Source: Anthoceros angustus
Taxonomy: Eukaryota; Plantae; Anthocerotophyta
Direction of reading: 5' to 3'
NCBI GenBank assembly: GCA_010909165.1
Contig: VJWM01000249.1
Location: 1-64,000, forward strand
Length of the DNA: 64,000 nt
Shown here: piece by piece, positions 12,710-25,045 of the stretch
Layout of the letters: every line of letters begins with the position of its first letter
Numbering within the stretch: the stretch's first letter is position 1
Program-made: the position numbers and the translations under genes
Notes under the pieces: model-generated
What the model was told of the DNA's origin: nothing
What the model saw: only the letters and a program-made list of their open reading frames with translations
Database searches by the model: none

Positions 12710-15700
12710 TGTAAGGGTATTAAAGCCCAATGTACTTAGACTAATACACTTAGTCTACGTTAGGTGTCAGTTAAGTATCATTAGTTTAGCTCAAGCTAAT
12801 CACTAGGAAGCTTCTTGTGCTCCTTCCTAGGGGCTTCTTGTGGAGCTTCCTAGGAGCCTATTGGAGGTATAAATACCCTCCAAGCCTCATCTCAATGTGA
12901 GAGAGTTACACGTGCCTCCTCCGCTCCTCTCCTCTTTCCACCATCATGTGCTGCCACACGATCCTTCAAGTATCGAGCTGGTTTGGTTGTGTTGTGATGC
13001 TAGAATTTTCTAGCTGCGAGTGACTCGTGGAATTCGGTGATCAGAGGCTGCGCAGCGAGCCGCGGCGGGATGAGGCCGTGGCGAGGCGGCCGCGACCTCG
13101 CGCGAGCCGTGGCGGCGAGCCGCGCGTGGAGGCCGTGCGGCGGCGCGCGCGGCGCGGCGCGCGGCGCAGGCGCGCGGCGGCGGCGCGCGGGCGCCGCGCA
13201 GCGCGCCGGCCGCGAGCGCGGCGGCGCGGCCCAGCCGCGGCGCGCGCGGCCTTGTGAGCGCGGCGCGGGCGCAGCCGGCGCGGGCGCGGCGCCGCGGCCT
13301 TGGCCAACCCGCGAGCGCGGCGCCGCGCCCAGCCCCGAGCCCAGCGCCCGGCGCGAGCGCGGCGCGCCGCGGCGGGCCGGGCCGCGCCGAGCGCGGCGGC
13401 CCGGCGCGCGGGCGCGCGGCCCAGCCGGCGCCGCGGCCTTGGCGCGGCCGCGAGCGCGGCCCAGCGCGCGGGCGCCGCGGCGGGCGCGGCCCAGCCGCGG
13501 CGCGGCCGCGGGCGCGGCGCCCGGCGCGCGGCGCGCGGCGCGGCGCGGCCGGCAGCCTGTGAGTGCAGCGGCGGGCGGTGGCGAGCGGTGGCGAAAATTA
13601 TTCGGCGGATACTCGGTGGAATCAGCGGCAAAATACACGCGCTTTTTTCTTCTTTGACTTTTCGACAAGGCGAGTGAGTGTTTTATCTGTCGATTTTTGA
13701 GTCATGATGTCTTCATCATCGAGCGTCATGTTCAATATCGAGAAGTTAGATGGTACTAACTTCCGCTCGGAAAGAACAAGTGTATAATGTTCTAGTGCGA
13801 AAAAGCGGATCAAGCCCATAAAGTTGTTAGGCGTCAAACCGGATAGTATGACCGGGATGAGTGGCGGGACTGGATGAGCTTGCTAGATCTACTATCATGC
13901 TAACATTGTCAAAACAGTGTACTTCAATGTGAAAGATAAGACCACGAGTTACTTTTGGCGGTATGTGACTGTATGAGAAGCAAAGTGCGGCTTCTCGGGT
14001 GTATTGGTTGAAGCTGGTGGACTTGAAGATGAAGGAAGGGACGAGGATGTCCGATCATCGAATGATTTCAATACCATTTTCAGCCACTCTCATCTCAAGG
14101 TATCACATTCCCAGTTAGTGAGAGCTATGTTTCATTGGTCACATTACGGAGAGTTGGGACACCTTCGTGCCTACGAGTAATTACGCCCGCTAGTGGTCTT
14201 ACCATTGTAAATGTAGAAGGTAGCACATTGGCGAGGAGGTGAGCAGGAAAAACATGGAACCTTCCAAAGGTTCCGGTGCCCTCATAGTGAGAGGGAGGTC
14301 CACTGCGAAGGGAAGCAACCGGACGGAAGCTTCTCGTAGCAAATCTCGTAGTCGTAACAAGAATGTGGAGTGTCACTATTGTCACAAAGGGTCACTTCAA
14401 AGAGAGTGCGAGAAGTTCAAAAGGACCAAGGAAAAGAGAAGAAGCGGACGACAAGAAGGCGACTTAAATGCATCGAGTTGGAAGAGTTAAACTCTGAGGA
14501 CGGAGATGTCCTTATCTCTTCTTACTTGAATCTTTGCACAATTAACCGTGGATAGTCATTTATTACGCAATTGGATAATTGACTCGGTGCATCTTTCCAT
14601 GTTACTCCTCATAGAGTGGTTTAGCACGTATGATGCTACAAGGAAAGGATGCGTTAGGCTTGGAAATAACTATGCATGCGGATCGCAGCGTGGTGATGTG
14701 CAACTCAAGTTTGACAACGGATCTTCATTCATCTTTGAAGGGCGTTAGGCATGTTCAAGTTGACAAAGAGCATGATTAGCGCGAGACGGTTGGATGATCT
14801 TTGGTTACCACTGGTTTGGGGATCACTCTTGGAAGATCTCCAAAGGTTCTCTTGTGTTAGCTCGTGGATCGAAGTGTGGCACTTTGTACTCACTTGAGTA
14901 AACCATCAAAAGATCATGTGATCGTGTGAGCAAATGTTTCCTTGTGGCATTGCGGTTAGGACATATGTCTCGAGAAGGGAATGAAGGTTTTATCTCGTTA
15001 CGGTTATATCCTGTTCTTAACTTCTAATCTCTCGATGTGTGAGCCTTTGTTTATATGGGAAAGCAGACAAAATCATCACATCGAACAAGAGGTAAAAGTA
15101 GAGTAAACCTCTTGAGTTGGTTCACGTGATGTATGTGGACCTATGCCTCTGCATCATTAGGCGGTGCCTCTATTTTGTCACTTTCATAGATGATTTCTCA
15201 CGCAAGGTGTGGGTTTATCCTTTGAGGAAAAAGGATGAAGTTCGGCGGTGTTTGAAATTTGTCACCCTTGTAGAGAATCGATCGCCACCGATTGAAGTGT
15301 CTAAGGCGGATAATGGTGGAGTATGTTTCAGCTTTCCATTCGTGATTCCAAGGAATCAAAAGAAATTGCGTATACTCCTCCACAAAATGGTGTGGTGGCG
15401 GATGAGCAGAACCATTCGGGAGAGGATCGTGGTTTGTTGTCAAACTCGGATTGCCTAATGGGTTTTGGGCGAGCGATGTCTGCAGTTCATCTTATTAACG
15501 AGATCTCCTAATAAAACATTGATGAGCGAGTTCGGAGGAGCTATGGTCTGGAAAGAAACCATCCTACAAGCATCTGCGAGTGTTTGGCTGTGAGGCATAC
15601 TGCCATGTTCCAAAAGAGTTTCGGGACAAGTTGGCACCTAAGTCCAAGAAATGTATTTTTCTTGGCTATGGTGATTCTGGTGAGATGGGATACCGTTTGT

Positions 15701-17785
15701 GGGATCCAGAGGCTAGAAAGGTTGTTCGTACTAACGACGTGTTCTTCAATGAGAACAAGATGCACAGGAAGCCTACTCCAACTGTGGAGGTGCGAAGGGT
15801 GATCTTCCAAGAAGATGGACATGATCATCAAGGGCAGGTTGATACCCGTGGTAATGTGCGAGCACATTCCTCCGATAGATGAACCAAGAGTCGAACAAGC
15901 ACCTATAGAGGTGCACGTCGTAGGTCGAGGCGGGATTACACGACCTCACGGGTATGATCCATCTCTGGATTATGTTGTCGACAGTTGTGGGGAACCCTCT
16001 TCTTACAAAGAGGCCATGTCAATGAGTAACAAGAGAAGTGGGAGAAGGCCATGCGATCGAAATGAATTATGCATAAGAACCAAACTTGGGAGTTGGTTGG
16101 TTGCCTAAGGATAAGAAGGCACTCTGTGCAAATGGGTGTACAAGATGAAGGTCATACCGCTTGATGGCAAACCAAAGTACAAGGCACGATTGGTTGCTAA
16201 GGGTTTCAAGCAACAACCGGGCATTGACTTTGATGAGATTTTCTCACCGAGTCAAAATGACAACTTTGCGATGTGTTCTTGCTTTGGTTGCGGGGATGAT
16301 ATGGAACTTATGCGGATGGATGTCAAGACGGCATTCTTGCATGGTGACCTTCAAGAGGACGTCTACATGCAGCAACCAGAAGGTTTTGTTGAGAAGGGCA
16401 AAGAGCATCGGTGTGCGAGGTTGAGGAAGAGCCTTTATGGTTTGAAGCAGGCACCGAGTGGTATCACAAGTTCCACTCATTTATGCTTTCTCAAGGCTAC
16501 AAAGCGTGGCGATGAGGATCATTGCCTCTATCTGAAGCAAGCTAAGGATCAAAGCTTGCTCATTTTGATCCTCTATGTGGATGATATGCTAATTCTTTGG
16601 AGCATCTTGATGAGATTTTGAAGTCAAAGTTGAATGCTCACTTTGAAATAGCAGACTTGGGAGAGGCGAGCCATATACTTGGCATGCGATTCGCCGAATG
16701 TATAGCGTCGCTTTATTTGTCTCGGTGGAATACATTAACAGTGCTTGCGTTTCAACATGGAGAAGGGAAGCCATTGGGTACTCCATTGCCTCCATATGTG
16801 AAACTTTCAAGCGCGGATTGCCCAAGCTTTGAGGAGGACAAAGCTGAAATGGAGAAGGTCCCATACTCATCAGCTGTAGGGAGTTTGATGTATGCAATGA
16901 TTGCTACGTCCGACATTGCCTTTGCGGTGGGAGTGGTTAGCGAGTTTATGTCAAACCACGGCAAGAAGCATTGGGAGGCGATAAAAGGAGTTATGAGGTA
17001 TCCGAATGGTACAAAAGCTTTGTGCATATGTTTTGGTAGTGAAGATGCATGTGTGGTTGGGTACAGATGCTCTTGCAGGATATGGACAAAAGGAGGTCCA
17101 CATCGAGTTATGTCTTCATGTGCCTTTGGAGGCGATCTCATGGCGATCTCGTTTGCGATCGTGCATTACGCTATCTACCAGGCCGAGTATGTTGCGAAAG
17201 AGGCTTGCAAGGAAGCCATATGGCTTGCTCGTTTAGTGGGAGACTTGGGGATCAAGGTTGAGCTGCCGGTGTTGCATTGTGATAGCAGTGCTATCAATTG
17301 GCAAAGAATCCGATGTTTCATGCGAAGACTAAACATGTGGATGTGAAGTATCACTTCATTCGAGAGGTGTTGGATGACAAGAGGGTACAACTTGTCAAGG
17401 TTCACCGGCAACCTGCGGATATTCTTACCAAGGGACTCTCTACAGCAATTTGCACAAGCTCGGACAACGATGGGCATGAGATAGTCCATTCTCCTGAAGG
17501 TAAATTGGCCTTTAAGTGGGAGGTTGTAAGGGTATTAAAGCCCAATGTACTTAGATTAATACACTTAGTCTAAGTTAGGTGTCGATTAAGTATCATTAGT
17601 TTAGTGAAGCTAATCACTAGGAAGCTTCTTGTGCTCCTTCCTAGGGGCTTCTTGTGGAGCTTCCTAGGGAGCCCTATTGGAGGGTATAAATACCCTCCAA
17701 GCCTCATCTCAATGTGAGACAGTTACACTTGCCGCCTCCTCTCCTCTCCTCTTTCCACCATCATGTGCTGCCACACGATCCTTCA
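12710..17785 (+). mobile_element. Ty1/Copia LTR retrotransposon C (Tnt1-like), nested in Copia B just upstream of its protease motif
   Basis: LTRs at 12710-12968 and 17525-17785 (TG...CA); perfect TSD AATGG (12705-12709, 17786-17790); degenerate PBS at 12969; PPT AAGTGGGAGGT before 17525. Frameshifted gag-pol from ~13705 ([46 protein letters not shown]). Confidence 0.95.
13048..13560. repeat. Extremely GC-rich low-complexity tract in the 5' leader of Copia C
   Basis: 28 A/T in the 420 nt from 13141-13560 (~93% G+C, counted by eye); recurring motifs GGCCCAGCCG, GCGAGCGCGG, GCGGCCTTG. Confidence 0.9.
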
Positions 17786-18154
17786 AATGGAAGATAAACA
17801 AACTGCGAGAATGGAAGAGGGCTTGAGTGGAAGAGCTTTGTTTGTAGTCACGTTGGACTCAGGAGCAAGGGAATCCCTCCTTGACTCTCCAGCACGCTTC
17901 TTTCGACAGTCCTTCTTGAAATGTCCATGAATACGACACCAATTGCAGGTAAAAACTCGTCGTTGCAGACTAGGTTGTCTAGTTGTGGAAAAATTACCTC
18001 TGCCTCTTCCACGTCCTCTGTAGTTACGTCTGCCTCAATTGCTTGGGCCAGCTTGGTGTTTGGTTTTGTGAAAACCCCGAGTCCGTTCTTCAGCAAGAAG
18101 GGCTCCCAACACCTCCTCTAATGTTAAAGATGGGGTGGCGCCAGCAGTCGTCGC

Positions 18155-19384
18155 CTACACTGCTGATCTAATCTTGGAATTCTGAGAACTCACGAACTGC
18201 TGGTAACTTTCTGGTAATGAGGCAAGCAGGCTGACAACAGCCCGAACCTCCGAAAGTACTGTGCCACAATATGCTAAGTTTGCCCGGCTGGTGCGAAACT
18301 TGTTGATGTAAGACTCCACTGTATCTTGTTCCTTCATACGCAGGTTGAAGAAATCCCTGTAGGCATGCACAAGGGAAGCAGAGCTCTTGTCCTTGTATAT
18401 GACCATAAAATTGCTCCATACTGCCCCCAATGTATGTGGCATCATAGTCTTATCCAAAGCAGCTATAAGGATAGAATGAGCTCTTCTGTCTTTCCTTTGC
18501 CATGCCAAAATGTCAGCTGCGTTGACATTACCAGGTTGAACCTGAGGTATGGGTTCAGACCCATCCACAACACCCATGAGCTCATTTTCTTCAAGGATCT
18601 GGGATAACTGCATAACCCAGATTCCATAGTCGTTCCCATTGAAACGATCTCTGTCCTTAAACTCTATCTTGAGAGAGCCATGCTGATAGCTAGCCATCAG
18701 CAATGCAAGTGAAACTGTAACATTCGTCTGCGAGGCACCGAATCTGCCGTCAACGGCAGTATTTACTCCAGAGGATATTCCTCCTTCCGAGTGTACTGGA
18801 GTTGATGGCGGTGTCTCTTCAGACACAATGTTATCTTGCGGCTCTATTATGCCTTCTGCATCCAAGTCAACATCATCATCCGAATCTGGGAGGTCCAATG
18901 AAGAACCTGGGAACATAGCAAACTCAGAAGGACGTTAGAGTCGAGCCGCTCTACTGCGGCCAAGTGGAAAAAGAGTCGCTACTGAAAAATCTTGATCCTC
19001 CGCAATAGATTGAGCAAGCAAATGTAATTGTTTGATCCCATTGGTGAGACTTTCCAACCGATCCTGTAGATGGCAGATCTTCGCGCTCGCAGCTAGGATC
19101 TCATCATGCTTATCTTGTCTATTGAATCGTCGACGATTCACAAAGGGCTTCTGATTTTTCCCTATACTGATAATCGGTGAAGAAGCTCCATCTGTTTTAT
19201 CTCGAGAGAGGAGATGGTTGTCAGACGCACGGGAAAACATGAGCTGGTGATTAGCATGATGGTTTGGGCAGTTGATGCAGATGAAACCCGCACGGCACTT
19301 CGAGACCCTGGTAAGAGCACCCTTAGGTACATTAGATTCGTCAAAACGAGTCAAGGGTTTTGAAGTAGGCATCGAAATGTCCAA
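18155..19384 (-). pseudogene. Copia B gag with ~150-aa N-terminal extension, split by one in-frame TAA
   Basis: ORFs 18935-19384 and 18155-18916 are in the same frame (...AARL*RPSEFAMFPGS...); downstream gag motif FKDRDRFNGNDYGIW...VDGSEP. Confidence 0.8.
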
Positions 19385-19452
19385 GACATCGGCGGCACAG
19401 AGGAGTTGTCCCCTGCACCAGGCCGATGATGATGTTTATGGCTCTGATACCA

Positions 19453-19636
19453 TAAAGCGTTTTAGGAATTGCTGCATAGTCGCTACTTGCCGAGAGGAGA
19501 TAATGAGAAAGAAAAACGGTTATTGATTATTTCAGAAAACGGCATATATAGTGCATAACATTCAGTTATCTGCTTAATAACTGATTATTAGACTAAATAA
19601 GAAGGCTCCACACAGCCTTATTTAACTATTTCTACA
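19453..19636 (-). repeat. 5' LTR of Copia B
   Basis: 184 bp, adjacent to PBS GCTCTGATACCA (19441-19452). Confidence 0.95.
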
Positions 19637-19778
19637 CAAGTGGTGCAGCTGCTATAGAGGGAAAGTTAGAGAGCGCTTTGCTTGTTGAGGGGGCTGATGT
19701 TGTGAGTAGGTGTAGTCATTGATTGATCTCTCAAGATTCGGCCGTTCATGCAAGTCTCATGGGAGGAAACCCAACGTG

Positions 19779-20250
19779 CTAAGCGACAACGAGATAAGTG
19801 TGGCCACTAGACGGTGAATCTCGTAAGCCCCGGGATTTTCTTCCTACACTTTCCCACTCTAACTCCTTACATGCGCCTGTCAGGACCTTATACTCAACTT
19901 CAGTGGATGAAAGCGCAAGTGAATTCTGTTTCTTGCATGACCAATTCACTGCTGCAGAAGCTAGCAGGAAGACATAAGCAGGCTGGCTTCGTCCCAATCA
20001 GCATCGGCAAAGGAGGTAAGCAGAAGCTCACTCTTGCCACTTGAAGCATAATGCAAGCCAAAATCAAGTGTCCCACGCAGATACCAATATATCCGTTTAA
20101 CAGCTCCCCAATGTGTCTTGCCAAGAGACTTGAGAAACAGGACGCTCCAAAATGAGGCTGATGTGGTTCTCCACAATAACAGCAATCTCTTTCTGGTCCA
20201 CCCAAAAGTCTTCCCACCACTTGTATTCTTCAGCTGTGACATATGGCCGT
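19779..20250 (-). mobile_element. Isolated Copia RT C-terminus/RNase H fragment
   Basis: HWGAVKRIYWYLRGT, FADADW, YVFLLASAAVNWSCKKQNSLALSSTEVEY. Confidence 0.8.
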
Positions 20251-20339
20251 AGTCCTAGTAAGGTGCCACACCTTCAGTTGGTGCAAGGTTGCATGCCGTT
20301 CCCTTTTTGTCTTGAGCCCGCAAAGACAATAATGGCGCA

Positions 20340-23300
20340 GCTGTAATAGCCTCAGTAGGCACGAAATTCAAAAACTCCAAGCCAGCCTCAGTTTCCCATA
20401 GCGGTGATGTTGAATATTGCTTGCTCCTGATGACTGTGATGAGGCCGCGGTCCGGTTTTTCTTCCCGCGTAATTTTAAACTGGTGCTGGAACGACATATT
20501 ATTCAGCTTTTTTACTGTCATGCAACGTACTTTTGCTTCCTGTCCCCTCGCCTTTTCGGCCATACAAATGTGCGGAAATCAAGAACCTCCATCAATACTT
20601 TCACCTCTGGCGATGGTGTGTGCGAAGCTTTGAGAATGTCTGCCAATACGGGCAGTGTGTGCGCCTCTTTGTGTTTCAAGCTTTTAGAGAAGCATGAAAA
20701 CATTTGATCAATTTGATCGTGAGTGTGGCGCACGAGAAGGAAGCCCACTTTCACTTTTTCAAAGGTGCCCATGTCGACTAGCATGTTGAGATACGCAAAT
20801 AGCAGCTGATTCTTGTTCTCCCGGCTTGTGTTGTCCAGCTGCAAATACAAAACTTTGGGCAGGACACCATCATAGTTATGGATGACATCTTGAATTATGC
20901 TAATAGTTAAATTGGCATCATTCCAAAGGTTAGCATAGTGTAAAAAGGCTCTAGCATTGTGGGTGTAGTTGTGGATCATGCACCCCACAACACGTACTAC
21001 AATGCGGCATTCCTCATCCAGATTCTTTGGCCACCTCAGAATGTGTGGGATCTCCGTCTTTTTCTGATCCATGCCATCAATGGCTAATAAAATATACTTA
21101 TGCGGCTCCACATAACTCTTGCTGTGATGTTTTGTCATCTTTGCTCATTCCGCCAACAATCGATCGCGGGGCATCTAAGGCTACTTGATATTTCTCTGCA
21201 CAAGACACAAACAAAGGAAAAGACATGAGTGCCTTCCTAGTCTTCGGCTATGCCGAAGGTGCCTATCGACATGTAAGAGTCAGCCACCTAGGCTATATAC
21301 GTCGGAAAAGCCACGTCCTGTTAATTGGTACAAATCTAACAGCCACATGCAACTAACTCAGCCGAACCGAAGGGTAACCGGACTATATGATGTGCCTAAC
21401 CCCCCGCTTGCCTTGGCTTTGAGCTGCGGGCCATGGATATGGTATGCGCCAGGCATCTGGCGCACTTCAAAGCCTGCAATTGCATGCACCGTTATATTGC
21501 TATGGAAGGCGCCGGCCAGCCGGCGCCCTATATAGTCCGGCAACCGTATAACCGGAGCCATTGGATGCCCTTACCGTGTCATGTGCCTGAACCCCTACTT
21601 GGCCTTGACTCCAGACTATGTGACATAAGGATGCTGGGCGCTGGCCAGCCGGCACCCTGCACAGCCTGAACTTTTCCACCACCAACTAGGCTAAACATAA
21701 TGTGAAGGACACCAAGGGCGCCAGCTGGCCGGCGCCCTTGTATGCAATTAACACTTTGAGAACCATGGCTATAGGCATAGTACACCTAGCTTGAAGGCCG
21801 ATGGCCAGCCAGCAACCTCCTCCCAATGAAACTTGACATGTAGATGGTTTTAGACACAAAGTAAAGAAGATACAAGGCGGTGAACAGCCCACTCCCTATG
21901 GGTTTAGGGTGTAGGGTAAACCCCACCTATGAGACTTGCCTCTGCAATATGCCGAAGAGGGCTACAATCATTTACATTCGGGAACCCAATGGAGAGTGCA
22001 ACGCCGGAACTTACCTAGGTCAACCTTTAGAACTGTGTTTCGTATCGTTGCAGTCTTCAATCCAGCGCATAGCGAGCATGCTGAAAATCTGTTGGACTTT
22101 GGAACTTTCACCCTGCTAAAGTGCCGAGTCCACAGCGTGAGGAACCATGCATATGTCACGTATCGCTGCTCAGATTCCTCACATTGCCTCCTGTACTTAC
22201 TCCAAATTTCCAGCTTTGTGTACGAGTCGGGGAGGTTGAACACTTCCACATTTGGAAGTCTCTCAGTCATATTCAGAAAAGCGTTATCCATCCAAGCTAT
22301 GGCACATTGGGCATGAGGGGACTGCTGTTTTGGGTTGGGTCACAACGAATCCCAGGGGGCATTCAATATGTCTCTGCTTTTTAACTCCTCATATCAGCTG
22401 TGACCAAGGCAATACACTCTTCTAAAGGCACGCAAATAGCAGCGGAATTGGTCTGTTCCTAGTAGGTGAGTTATAATCTTCTTGTTCCCCCTGACATTCC
22501 GCTCCACCTGAATCAGAGATTCCAAAAACGTCTCCTGTTCCTGCCTCCCCATCCGCAAATACCGATATCGATGTTCACGAAACCTTTCTCTGGTCAATTT
22601 GTGCACACACATTTGATTGCAACATGCCGTCCGGAAATCAATGTTGATAATGTCCCATTCACATTTCCTCAGTGGCTCTCCTGCTACTCGTCTCCTTTGG
22701 CTGCCGCCTCCTACAATTGTTGGTGCTTGCAAAGATTCGCTCATTGGTTTCGGCTGGTAAGATGGTGGAACTTGCTCTGCCACCGGCGTTTGAAAATCGT
22801 TTGCCTCTTCTTCCAAACAATTGGCCTCCTCCTCAGCGATGACACACACCTTACGACCATCCATCGCAGGGAACAAGCCACGTCTAGGCATCAGTAGGCC
22901 GCTTGTTTCTGGATCTTGGTCTCTTATGCTCACTGTAGCTTCACCTCACAGTTTTGGAGGGGCTGCCCTCGAGGGCAGCATAGAGGTTGAGATTTTTGGG
23001 TGTCTTGGGCAGACAACGGGGATCGGTGGGTGAGGCTGCCAGCCGTTGACGTCGGACAAGTCCTCCAAAACATGCCTCTGCGATTGCATGCACCTAAATA
23101 GAGAATCACCATGGAGTCAAGAAACACAAATCATGGGAAATGCCATGGTCTATTGCGCACCTTTGGAGCCCCGGTTTCAGGCGACCTTGCAATGTCATTT
23201 GTAAAGGCGGGTTCTTGGGTTGGGCATTCAAATGACCTCGCCTCCTGCTTGAGTGCACTTCGCTTAGATTCCTACGATATTGCGAATGAACCTCATCTCC

Positions 23301-23650
23301 TGGAATGCACGCCTACAGATTGAACAAAATTTAGCAACAGGCTGACCAAAGAGGGCATTGAAACAAGCAAACCCGTTGATGTTCAATCCTAAGGCACATC
23401 AGCACTCACGTCTTCCTCTTCCGGTGAGTAGCGCGCAACATCTTCTGCGCTCCCATGGAAGTTGAAGGCGGTGATGGGCGTGTCCCAAGGTCTCTTTCAA
23501 GCCGTCGCATTGGAAGGTGAATTGAACTCTCAAAGTTGGTTGAAGTAGGACGAAAGAAACCTCGGTGAAATCATTCTCCTCCAAGTTTCATAACGGTGGC
23601 GTATCGGCTGAAGATACGGAACGGCCAATGGAATATGACTGTTGTTGGAT
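20340..23650 (-). pseudogene. Intron-containing Sola-like DNA transposase pseudogene
   Basis: Motifs in order: CCNQMCVHK, ERLPN..LP..TK, FSACSLC, IDGMDQ, LYLQLDNTSRENKN, HTHDQIDQMFS, HQFKI. GTAAGT donor at ~22012 and TGCAG acceptor at ~21197. Several in-frame TGA stops. Upstream exon boundaries are approximate. Confidence 0.7.
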
Positions 23651-25045
23651 ATCACCCAACGGTGATAAATAATGAGGAAGATTGTGTGCCGCCGTCATTT
23701 GGTCGGCACATTAAAGGCTTCAAGGATCATTGAATATCCACAAATAATAGGGAAGGTAATCAGCCATAATGTTCATTCAATCGGGGTCAAAGCAAGGTAA
23801 ATGGAGGGTTAGGGTAGTTGTTATGTCCGCTTCCAGCAAAATTTGAGCAGTTGCGCCCAAACCTTGAACCCGCACCTTCCTTTCGAGTGCACTTTCCGGC
23901 GTTTGAAAATCGTTTGCCTCTTCTTCCAAACAATTGGCCTCCTCCTCAGCGATGACACACACCTTACGACCATCCATCGCAGGGAACAAGCCACGTCTAG
24001 GCATCAGTAGGCCGCTTGTTTCTGGATCTTGGTCTCTTATGCTCACTGTAGCTTCACCTCACAGTTTTGGAGGGGCTGCCCTCGAGGGCAGCATAGAGGT
24101 TGAGATTTTTGGGTGTCTTGGGCAGACAACGGGGATCGGTGGGTGAGGCTGCCAGCCGTTGACGTCGGACAAGTCCTCCAAAACATGCCTCTGCGATTGC
24201 ATGCACCTAAATAGAGAATCACCATGGAGTCAAGAAACACAAATCATGGGAAATGCCATGGTCTATTGCGCACCTTTGGAGCCCCCAGTTTCTGTAGGCG
24301 ACCTTGCAATGTCATTTGTCTGAAAAGGCGGGTTCTTGGGTTGGGCATTCAAATGACCTCGCCTCCTGCTTGAGTGCACTTCGCTTAGATTCCTACGATA
24401 TTGCGAATGAACCTCATCTCCTGGAATGCACGCCTACAGATTGAACAAAATTTAGCAACAGGCTGACCAAAGAGGGCATTGAAACAAGCAAACCCGTTGA
24501 TGTTCAATCCTAAGGCACATCAGCACTCACGTCTTCCTCTTCCGGGCTGTGAGTAGCGCGCAACATCTTTCTGCCGCTCCCATGGAAGTTGAAGGCGGTG
24601 ATGGGCAGTGTCCCAGAAGGTCTCTTTCAAGCCGTCGCATTGGAAGGTGAATTGAACTCTCAAAGTTGGTTGAAGTAGGGACGAAAAGAAACCTCGGTAG
24701 GAAATCATTCTCCTCCAAGTTTCATAACGGTGGCGTATCGGCTGAAGATACGGAACGGCCAATGGAATATGACTGTTGTTGGATATCACCCAACGGTGAT
24801 AAATAATGAGGAAGATTGTGTGCCGCCGTCATTTGGTCGGCACATTAAAGGCTTCAAGGATCATTGAATATCCACAAATAATAGGGAAGGTAATCAGCCA
24901 TAATGTTCATTCAATCGGGGTCAAAGCAAGGTAAATGGAGGGTTAGGGTAGTTGTTATGTCCGCTTCCACAGCAAAATTTGAACGGGGTTGCGCCCAAAC
25001 CTTGAACCCCGCACCTTCCTTTCGAGGTGCACTTTCCAGCGTTTG
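22783..25045. repeat. Tandem duplication, ~1.1-kb unit x2 (22783-23895, 23896-25035)
   Basis: Near-identical copies differing mainly by small indels; CC(G/A)GCGTTTG at 22783, 23896 and 25036 marks the unit ends. Confidence 0.9.

Larger units (their letters stand above)
8501..19636 (-). mobile_element. Ty1/Copia LTR retrotransposon B (hosts nested Copia C)
   Basis: LTRs at 8501-8680 and 19453-19636; perfect 5-bp TSD CAAGT (8496-8500, 19637-19641); PBS 19441-19452; PPT-like CTCCCTCT at 8681-8688. Gag 19384-18155, CCHC CNWCRIHGHFKKDC, protease WFLDSGAT, integrase 11324-12730, RT 10085-10980, RNase H 9593-10078. Confidence 0.95.

Noticed and set aside
13000-13677. Six overlapping Arg/Ala/Pro-rich ORFs of 76-222 aa
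   Set aside because: Stop codons are absent simply because the tract is ~93% GC; no protein-like features.
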